Shown: piece by piece, positions 8,768-15,047 of the stretch | How the letters are laid out: every line of letters starts with the position of its first letter | How positions within the stretch are numbered: position 1 is the first letter of the stretch | Virus record (IMG/VR): IMGVR_UViG_3300045988_079011 | Strand: one strand, 5' to 3' | Length of the DNA stretch: 52,660 bases | Origin: a virus | Notes under the pieces: model-generated | Seen by the model: only the letters and a program-made list of their open reading frames with translations | Told to the model about the DNA's origin: nothing | Database searches by the model: none | Translations under genes and position numbers: made by a program

Positions 8768-9198
8768 GAAAAGAACTTTACCGGATGCTTTGCCGGGAGC
8801 TGAAGGCCATTGACCTTATCAAGCACATAGACTTGTGGAACCATAATGTGGAATTCATCGAACAGGAAGAAAACTGGGAGCGTCCGGCTGTCTTTGTGGA
8901 ATTCTGCCCTATACAGTGGAATGCGATTGTTCCCGGTGTGGAATACCGGGCAGAACCTTTGATTAAACTGCACATCGTGACGGACTGGGAAGGTTCGAGT
9001 GCTGAGGGCAGCGAGCTGCAGGAGGATGCGCTGAAGGTGTTTGACCTGTCCGGACTGCTTCATGCACAGCTTGCCGGATTGAGCGGGGAGACCTTTTTGG
9101 AGCTGGATCTGGTGGAGAGTGATACCAATCACAACCATGAGGATATTGTGGAAAGTATCGAGGTATATCAGTGTGTGGCCATCAAGCGGCTGCAATAG
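8764..9198 (+). CDS. Hypothetical structural/connector protein
   Basis: 144-aa ORF translationally coupled (ATGA) to the Mu G-like gene. Confidence 0.5.
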   Translation: MRKELYRMLCRELKAIDLIKHIDLWNHNVEFIEQEENWERPAVFVEFCPIQWNAIVPGVEYRAEPLIKLHIVTDWEGSSAEGSELQEDALKVFDLSGLLHAQLAGLSGETFLELDLVESDTNHNHEDIVESIEVYQCVAIKRLQ

Positions 9199-9214
9199 CC
9201 GTCTTTATTAGACA

Positions 9215-9256
9215 GAAAAAGCCGCGGACGTACAAATTACCGTCTGCGGCTTTTTT
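9215..9256. terminator. Bidirectional rho-independent terminator between convergent genes
   Basis: GCCGCGGACG (9221-9230) / CGTCTGCGGC (9241-9250): 10-bp stem with one mismatch, 10-nt loop. A5 upstream and T6 downstream. Confidence 0.7.
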
Positions 9257-9282
9257 GTTCAATACAGGCAAAGTAAACGCAA

Positions 9283-10122
9283 TCAGGCAGCCTCTTTCTT
9301 GTAAAGCATCATATCTGTGTAAGAAGAGTTGTAATTCATGTGAGCATTGAATTCCACCTTTGTGCAGTTTTCAAAAGGATTACCTAAATCCCTATTTTTA
9401 CCTATCCATTCGCACAGCTCCAGAATTGAAGATTTGTTGGATGTGAAATATACGTATGAATGCCCCTTCAGTACATTCAGCACATCCAGATAGTCTGCCA
9501 TATTCCAGTACATGTTATAGGTCCCTACGTCAGTGGACAGATAGGGCGGATCAACAAGAAATACTACTCCAGGAATATCTTTATACCGGTTGAATACTTC
9601 CTTGTAATCGCAAGATACGATTTCCAGCCCTTCGAGATAGTCCGTACATTCCGGGTAGCCGGTCTTGCGTATATTGTTGTATAAAGCTTCCTTCCGCATA
9701 TCCTGAACAGACAGTTTGTATTTCATGGAAAACAAGATAGAGGAGGAGAGGGTAATGAAATCCACATATCCGGTGCTATTCTCTTCCTGCTCGATGCGGC
9801 TGAATATTCGTTCACGCAGTTCTCCTTTAATGATTTTATGACGTGGTACGGAATTCCCTACCATTTCGCGAATGTCAGCAAGCAGCTGATTCGTTTGCGG
9901 AATGTGCTTCATGCGGAAGCGGTAGTTATCAAAGTCATTATAGATAACAGTAGAGTGGGGCTTGAGGGATTTGGTAATGTGAGACAACAATCCGGAGCCA
10001 CCGAACAGGTCAACAAACAATGTTCCATCCGGATATTGCTCCAGCACTTTCATGAATTCCTTGGCTAACATACGCTTTTGCCCGACAAATGGGAGAGGGG
10101 CTGACAGATACATCTTTCTCAT
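9283..10122 (-). CDS. N6-adenine DNA methyltransferase (Dam/D12-class-like)
   Basis: 279 aa. SAM motif FVDLFGGSG and catalytic VDPPY. Confidence 0.85.
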   Translation of the reverse strand: MRKMYLSAPLPFVGQKRMLAKEFMKVLEQYPDGTLFVDLFGGSGLLSHITKSLKPHSTVIYNDFDNYRFRMKHIPQTNQLLADIREMVGNSVPRHKIIKGELRERIFSRIEQEENSTGYVDFITLSSSILFSMKYKLSVQDMRKEALYNNIRKTGYPECTDYLEGLEIVSCDYKEVFNRYKDIPGVVFLVDPPYLSTDVGTYNMYWNMADYLDVLNVLKGHSYVYFTSNKSSILELCEWIGKNRDLGNPFENCTKVEFNAHMNYNSSYTDMMLYKKEAA

Positions 10123-10757
10123 ACGTTCAATTCAAATTTTACATTTTCATTGCCGGCAAGCAGCTGTTCTGTTTTGTCGATGTTGTTTTCGTAAATATGC
10201 ACATTCCCCAGATTCAGGGTGATGGATTTTAGTGGCAACTCAATCTGTCTTGATATTAGATACAAATGATAAATATCTGCCGGCAGTCCTAAATTCGCAT
10301 CGCTGCTTCGCTGATAGGCGGTCATGACCAGTTCTCCTTGCTCTATCTGGAACTGAACAAGACTAAGGCATGGAGCCTGGTTGCTTTCTGTTCCTGTAGA
10401 TCCGAGAAACAATATATAGTTTTTGCTGTTCCTTTTTTCCCTGTTTATGCGTTCGATGAGTGGCGGCAGTTTTTCAAAATAGGTTGGGTAGCTGTTCACA
10501 AGGATAGAGCCGCAGTAGTCCCACCAGTTGATTCCGGCCTCCCTGTATTTTTCCACGTTTCGTTCGCCCCTCATAAACAGTTGTAACTCGTTTTTTAACT
10601 TCTTCCGCGCTATGGTATGCCCCTCGAATATATCAAGAAGGTCGGCAGGGAGCAGCGTCAGCTGTTCATTCAGTAGGTAGCGGATATTCCCTTTTTTATT
10701 GCTTTGCATCTTTCCGGACGAAAGCACCTTGCCTAAGATTTGATAATACTTGTCCAT
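10119..10757 (-). CDS. Short thymidylate-synthase-family enzyme (ThyA / pyrimidine hydroxymethylase-like)
   Basis: 212 aa. ThyA-like segments: N-terminal YYQILGKVLSSG...NKKGN, catalytic-Cys region APCLSLVQF, YQRSSDANLGLPADIYHL, LGNVHIYENN. 4-nt ATGA overlap with the methyltransferase. Confidence 0.75.
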   Translation of the reverse strand: MDKYYQILGKVLSSGKMQSNKKGNIRYLLNEQLTLLPADLLDIFEGHTIARKKLKNELQLFMRGERNVEKYREAGINWWDYCGSILVNSYPTYFEKLPPLIERINREKRNSKNYILFLGSTGTESNQAPCLSLVQFQIEQGELVMTAYQRSSDANLGLPADIYHLYLISRQIELPLKSITLNLGNVHIYENNIDKTEQLLAGNENVKFELNV

Positions 10758-10782
10758 GATATGAATGTTATTTATTGCGATA

Positions 10783-10790
10783 CAAAGGTA
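10783..10790 (-). promoter_or_regulatory. Bacteroides-type -7 box for the ThyA-like/MTase operon
   Basis: TACCTTTG on the minus strand, 26 nt upstream of the ATG at 10757. Confidence 0.4.
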
Positions 10791-10828
10791 GGGTAGGGGA
10801 GTTTGCCTTTAGTGGGAGGAAGTCCTGA

Positions 10829-11071
10829 TTACACTGCACACAAATTGCAGTCGGTTTTAAAACGCTTGATCAGGTCATACACCTTTCGCTCACTGATGCC
10901 ATATCGTAGGGAAAGCGTAGCTACGATATAAGACACTTTTTCACCATTGGTCTGCAACTTGTTATATTCATTATATAGTTCTATATATTGCACGTCATCG
11001 GGTCGTATGCCCATGTAATGGCACGTTTTTAAAAGCTCTCTGTTCAATTTTAGTATCTCAATTACTTTCAT
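10829..11071 (-). CDS. Small HTH protein
   Basis: 80 aa. C-terminal HTH-like RYGISERKVYDLIKRF. Confidence 0.5.
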   Translation of the reverse strand: MKVIEILKLNRELLKTCHYMGIRPDDVQYIELYNEYNKLQTNGEKVSYIVATLSLRYGISERKVYDLIKRFKTDCNLCAV

Positions 11072-11099
11072 ATCCAGTTAAATTTCGTACATTTGCATT

Positions 11100-11249
11100 G
11101 TCTCACTTATCATTGCGCAGAATAGCGCTTACATAAAAAAGCCTCTTACTGGCGAACGAGGGTATCTGCCCCCGGTCGTGCCGGTAAGAGGTGCTTTATG
11201 TTTAAATGGTAAGTGAGACGACTATTTAACAGGCCGGGGGCTTTTTTTT
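11100..11249 (+). ncRNA. Candidate ~150-nt structured RNA (class unknown) on the strand opposite the RT
   Basis: -7 box TACATTTG at 11088-11095. 10-bp closing stem GTCTCACTTA (11100-11109) / TAAGTGAGAC (11210-11219). Small hairpin GCGC-agaata-GCGC (11115-11128). Long imperfect hairpin 11142-11191. T8 at 11242-11249. Confidence 0.35.
11135..11191 (-). terminator. Rho-independent terminator of the RT / 161-aa ORF operon
   Basis: In RT sense: CCTCTTACCGG ... CCAGTAAGAGG long hairpin (with an inner imperfect helix) followed by TTTTTT. Confidence 0.6.
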
Positions 11250-11274
11250 ATCCTTCCCCCGAAGGGATTGTCAA

Positions 11275-11760
11275 TCATTCAATCCGATATAAATCCAAGT
11301 TGAATACATCTTTCCTTTTCCATCCTTCAGCCAGTGTGTTTTGGATGTGTCTGACCGCTTGAATGTAGAAGTCCTTCAGATTATCCAACTTTTCAAAGGT
11401 ATGGTATTCGGGCTGTTCATCCGAACCGAATTTGAATGTAACCGGAAGGGTCTCTCCGCCCGTCTGAACGGCCAAATCGTATGCTGCCTTATAGTTGTAT
11501 TGGTTCTCCGTAGAAAGCCATACAGGGGCGCCATTATAGGCGAATCCGGATAGGATAGCTGCATCAGTCTGGCTGTTATACCATGACATAACCAATGTGC
11601 GGATTTCCTCATCAGTAGGCTTGTGTCCGAACTCCTCTTCCATGTAGGAGGCAGAGCCGTTCTCTTTTTCCTGCACATCCCAGCGGATGCGCCATTTGTC
11701 TTTAACCGGGTTCGTGCATTCCATCAGCGATACACCGGCACTTCCTTCAACTCTTCTCAT
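11275..11760 (-). CDS. 161-aa protein translationally coupled to the RT (DUF4376-like?)
   Basis: ATGA overlap with the RT stop. Normal composition. The segment ILSGFAYNGAPVWLSTENQYNY...LDNLKDFYIQAVRHIQ recalls DUF4376 (from memory, unverified). Not Avd-like. Confidence 0.55.
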   Translation of the reverse strand: MRRVEGSAGVSLMECTNPVKDKWRIRWDVQEKENGSASYMEEEFGHKPTDEEIRTLVMSWYNSQTDAAILSGFAYNGAPVWLSTENQYNYKAAYDLAVQTGGETLPVTFKFGSDEQPEYHTFEKLDNLKDFYIQAVRHIQNTLAEGWKRKDVFNLDLYRIE

Positions 11761-13058
11761 GTAAACACGTATTTGGTTCTACCTTTGCCGAATGTCTCTG
11801 TCTTGATGGTCGTTTCAAACGGGAAACCATCCGGCATTTCCTTTACTTGTGCGAGAATATTCTTCATTTCCTCGCTGTTGGTGAAGAACTTCTTTGCTTC
11901 GCCGTTCACTTCGATGGCCACAATACAGCGGTCTTCTCCCTGCTCGGTCTTGATACCGGTCTCAAAGTCCTTCACTACAATCGGTAAGTTTACCAGTTCC
12001 CGGATGCTTACCACCACACCGGGAAATCGCTTCTTGCCGTCCTCCGGCTTGTAAGCGACATTCAAGTCTTTAAAACTTCTCATTTCTTTGCCTGTTAATT
12101 TTTTAAACAACTTATTACAGTCGGCGTGCTTCGTCATGCCGTAGAAACTGGCAATCAGTTCTCGCCGTCTTTTTCTCGATTTTACCTCGTGCATCTTCCG
12201 GGCAAACTTCTGCTTGATACGTTTCCGCAATCTTACATAGTCGGGACGGATAACATAGCCAAGGAAATCAATGCCTTCTTCTACAGGGAATACCCGTTCA
12301 TTCGGCTTTATTTCCAAGTCTATTTTTCCCATTTGCCTGTGAATAACATCACGAATCTTCCACAATTCCGCTTTCGTTTTACCGAGTACCAGTCCGTCAT
12401 CGCAATAGCGATAGTAATAACGAACCCCGTACTTATCCTTCAGATAGTGGTCTAAAAATACAGACAGAAGCAGATTTCCTGCCCCTTGTGAACTGCGCAG
12501 TCCGAAGCTTATACCTTCCGGCAGCAGCTTAACAAACCGCTCCAGTAGCACCAACAGCCTTTCGTCCTTGAACACCCTCCGGAAGCACCACATAACAAAG
12601 TCCTGCCGCGCATTGTCGTAAAACCTACGGATGTCAAACTTGTATGCGTAAAGTGTGCCTTCCGGGTCTTTTTGCAAATCGGTACGTATGCAGTTCATCA
12701 GATCATGAGTACCGCGCCTTTTGATGCTTGCACCGGTTGTCCGGATATAACGTTTTTGCAGGTGGCGGTCCACCACATTCATGATGGCAAACACAGCGAT
12801 GCGGTCTTTCATGGACAGGATCTGCAAAATACGTTTTTTACCGTATTCTTCAATTTCCCTCTCATGGTAGCCGCCCAGCCGGAATGAACCGTCCGCAATG
12901 GAAGCCGTCAGTTCGGCGATAATCTTCTCCCTATGGGCAAGCAGGAATCGTCCCTGCCTTGACCTCTTACGACCGGTTCCGCGAAGTACCGAATCGAATG
13001 CCTCCGACATATTGGAGTATTCGATGATTTCCTCGATAATATATCCTTCCCTGCGCAT
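11757..13058 (-). CDS. DGR-type reverse transcriptase
   Basis: 433 aa. GLRSSQ (aa 186-191) matches the DGR-specific GxxxSQ motif. Catalytic YYYRYCDDG (RYxDD). TR and spacer lie immediately upstream. About 108 aa of C-terminal extension. Confidence 0.9.
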   Translation of the reverse strand: MRREGYIIEEIIEYSNMSEAFDSVLRGTGRKRSRQGRFLLAHREKIIAELTASIADGSFRLGGYHEREIEEYGKKRILQILSMKDRIAVFAIMNVVDRHLQKRYIRTTGASIKRRGTHDLMNCIRTDLQKDPEGTLYAYKFDIRRFYDNARQDFVMWCFRRVFKDERLLVLLERFVKLLPEGISFGLRSSQGAGNLLLSVFLDHYLKDKYGVRYYYRYCDDGLVLGKTKAELWKIRDVIHRQMGKIDLEIKPNERVFPVEEGIDFLGYVIRPDYVRLRKRIKQKFARKMHEVKSRKRRRELIASFYGMTKHADCNKLFKKLTGKEMRSFKDLNVAYKPEDGKKRFPGVVVSIRELVNLPIVVKDFETGIKTEQGEDRCIVAIEVNGEAKKFFTNSEEMKNILAQVKEMPDGFPFETTIKTETFGKGRTKYVFT

Positions 13059-13171
13059 AAGCTATTGGTTAATAAACATGAAAGATAAGGGCCTTCCTTT
13101 CCCCGGATCTGACTTCTTCGAACTGATAACAGCCTACCAAACTCCACCCGACGCGTGATTTTTCAGCTTTC

Positions 13172-13239
13172 CACCCTAATGGGTGCTGTTGCTGTGGCTT
13201 GCTTCCCTCGGCACCGCTTCGGGGACACGTCCCCGGTGC
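13172..13239 (-). promoter_or_regulatory. DGR spacer-region hairpins between TR and RT
   Basis: In RT sense: GCACC-GGGGA-CGTG-TCCCC-gaagc-GGTGC, starting 14 nt after the repeat. A second hairpin is CACCC-ATTA-GGGTG. Confidence 0.5.
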
Positions 13240-13253
13240 TGTACGCCGATTAA

Positions 13254-13374
13254 TTAGATTTCCAGACGCGAGCCGATATTCGCATTCGTATTCGAAGCAT
13301 CGTTATTCGCATTCGCATTCGACACACCGCCATTCGCGTTCGCATTGTTGTACCCGCGATAGACCACACGGACT
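13254..13374 (-). repeat. DGR template repeat (TR), at least 121 bp
   Basis: Non-coding context with a unique upstream flank carrying its own -7 box. Adenine-rich AAY-codon design (11 AAY). A-free GC-rich 3' end GGCTCGCGTCTGG (IMH-like). Lies 195 nt upstream of the RT start. Confidence 0.75.
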
Positions 13375-13395
13375 ATCGGGAAGCTCCACCGGGTA

Positions 13396-13403
13396 CAAAG
13401 TTA
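13396..13403 (-). promoter_or_regulatory. Bacteroides-type -7 box for the TR-RT transcript
   Basis: TAACTTTG on the minus strand, in unique sequence 22 nt upstream of the first TR base. A TTTG lies 13 nt further upstream. Confidence 0.45.
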
Positions 13404-13433
13404 CTGATTTAACAGGCAAAATGAGCTAAAGCA

Positions 13434-13667
13434 TTACACTATCCACCAAAATAGGGCCGACAATATGCCGCCTATGACGGTAAGAGACCAGTCTATCCAG
13501 TCCCAAAGTCCGCCTTTCAGTTTGTCTTTCAGTTCCAGACAGGAGGCTGCGACAGCTGCAGCATAGAGCGCTGTCCACGGGGTGAAGGCCAAAATGCCTA
13601 CCAACAAACCGCCAATAAGGTGTTTGTAGCGGTTGCTTTGTTTGAGAAATTCGATAATTTTGTTCAT
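13434..13667 (-). CDS. Small two-TM membrane protein (holin-like candidate)
   Basis: 77 aa with two hydrophobic helices (LIGGLLVGILAFTPWTALYAAAVAA; LTVIGGILSALFWWI). Confidence 0.5.
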   Translation of the reverse strand: MNKIIEFLKQSNRYKHLIGGLLVGILAFTPWTALYAAAVAASCLELKDKLKGGLWDWIDWSLTVIGGILSALFWWIV

Positions 13668-13764
13668 AACGGGTTGTTTTTAAAAATTGTTTTGTATATT
13701 TGCAGTGAGGAATAGCGTTAGATGTTCAGAACGGGATTGTAGTTCCCGGAGCTTGCGTCTTTCG

Positions 13765-15003
13765 CTATTCTTTCTTTTTTATATGTTTGTATAATTCACC
13801 TCCTTCTGAAAGACTGTGCAGCGTGTATTCGTGCCAGTCGTATTCCCGAACTATTATCAGTGCTTTTTCACCTCTTACTTCTATCTCGAAAATGTGCGAT
13901 TGTATGAGGTGTGGAATACCTTTGTGGTTATCTGCTGTTCCCAGGTATTTGGCTTTGGCAAATACATTCTTTATATCCAGAAGCATGAGGTTCTTTTCAT
14001 GGTAGAACTTGTATGGCTGGTTGGTCCATTCTTGAAGCGTGCGTTTTGATATGTTTACCGGGAATGGGAATTCATTATTCGTGATAACTGTTCCCTGCAA
14101 TGGCTTGGCTTGCTTCTTTATCTGTTTGGCATCTGCATTGGCCAATGTTCTTACCAGTTTGCATGCGGCGCACAATTCATTTTCCGGAACGAAGACCAGT
14201 TTCATATTTCCGTTGTTCATATCGCAATCCTTACAGCGCTTGATGGTGTATGGATTATAGTCGGGCATCGTCTTTTGTTCCATGCCTGCATTGAACCGGA
14301 ACATTCCCTTTTTGTCAACTTCCAAAGCTGATTTCCCCCTTGCCATGGCCTCTTCGTGGTCTGTAGGCGGATACTTGGATTTGCGTACCTGGACCACGGA
14401 ACAGCGGCAGCCCCATCCGTTAGGAGGATAGAATTCTGCCCAGAACGGGTCTGAAGCCGGGAGTGTGATGCCGGCCATTTCTGCATGGGTGGGACGTACC
14501 TTTGCATCCCCGGCCGTGCGGTACTGTAGATAATAGCGGTCGCCGTCCTGCATGAACCGTTCCCATTTGGCTGCCATTTCAGCCGAAGCCTGTACAAAGG
14601 TGAATTCAGCCCGTAGATAGTTTGAATTGTATGTTTCGTCGATCTTCCGGACATCATTCAAAAAGCGTTCGAACGTCTTTCTATTGCCGTTTTCATCCAA
14701 CAGGGAGGGAAAGGCTTCATTCAGTTCATGGAAGGTCTTCAAGCCGGAGAATACATAGTTGGAACGCTCCAGCCGCTTGCGCATGGTCTCGGACATTTCC
14801 ACCTTTCGGAATGAACCGTTCAAGACAGAAGAATGAGCTTCTATAAAATCCTGCGCTTCTTCGGATGCCAGGATACCTATTTCAAGGTTTGCCCCTTCTT
14901 GCCGGAACAGCACCTTCATCATGCGGTCAAAGCGTTCCGTGAGCTTGTCGCGCATGAGTTTTGCCTCGTCCTCCATGGAGAGGCATAGTTTCTGTTTGCC
15001 CAA
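13765..15003 (-). CDS. Mu F-like / SPP1 gp7-like minor head protein with ~200-aa C-terminal extension
   Basis: 412 aa. Hallmark VRPTHAEMAGI....FYPPNGWGCRCSVVQV. Directly downstream of the portal. Confidence 0.85.
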   Translation of the reverse strand: MGKQKLCLSMEDEAKLMRDKLTERFDRMMKVLFRQEGANLEIGILASEEAQDFIEAHSSVLNGSFRKVEMSETMRKRLERSNYVFSGLKTFHELNEAFPSLLDENGNRKTFERFLNDVRKIDETYNSNYLRAEFTFVQASAEMAAKWERFMQDGDRYYLQYRTAGDAKVRPTHAEMAGITLPASDPFWAEFYPPNGWGCRCSVVQVRKSKYPPTDHEEAMARGKSALEVDKKGMFRFNAGMEQKTMPDYNPYTIKRCKDCDMNNGNMKLVFVPENELCAACKLVRTLANADAKQIKKQAKPLQGTVITNNEFPFPVNISKRTLQEWTNQPYKFYHEKNLMLLDIKNVFAKAKYLGTADNHKGIPHLIQSHIFEIEVRGEKALIIVREYDWHEYTLHSLSEGGELYKHIKKKE

Positions 15004-15047
15004 CAGGTGGGCATACCGCTGGTGCAGCCCCGAATAATCATCGGGGC

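Larger units (their letters stand above)
1..13374. repeat. Left arm of a 13,374-bp perfect inverted duplication (partner 39287-52660)
   Basis: Every tracked ORF in 1-13158 has an identical-translation partner at 52661-x. Spot checks of intergenic sequence (1-100, 9200-9260, 11080-11270, 13140-13374) are exact reverse complements. Identity ends at 13374/39287. Confidence 0.95.

Noticed and set aside
11100-11219. Retron-like msr/msd (closing inverted repeats, small hairpin, long hairpin) next to an RT
   Set aside because: The adjacent RT has DGR hallmarks (GxxxSQ, TR/VR). The element is on the opposite strand, downstream of the RT rather than upstream and co-oriented. No conserved priming-G context could be argued. 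It is kept only as a structured RNA of unknown class.
1-13374. Arms as genuine terminal inverted repeats of a linear replicon (hairpin-telomere or pox-like ITR), or as Mu transposon ends
   Set aside because: Mu-type ends are tens of bp, not 13 kb. The arms contain the entire regulatory, transposition and DGR-RT gene sets. The inner boundary coincides with TR/VR homology, which points to homology-driven fold-back or recombination rather than designed telomeres.
13199-13429. 76-aa ORF with an SHSYSKHRYSHSHSTHRHSRSH repeat
   Set aside because: It is the antisense translation of the TR. The ATTCGC repeats are the complement of GCGAAT Ala-Asn codons. This is not a gene.
13695-13702. Plus-strand TATATTTG -7-like box pointing into the 3' end of the Mu F-like gene
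   Set aside because: There is no downstream plus-strand gene or structure and no properly spaced -33 element. It is probably a chance match in AT-rich intergenic DNA. An antisense transcript cannot be excluded.
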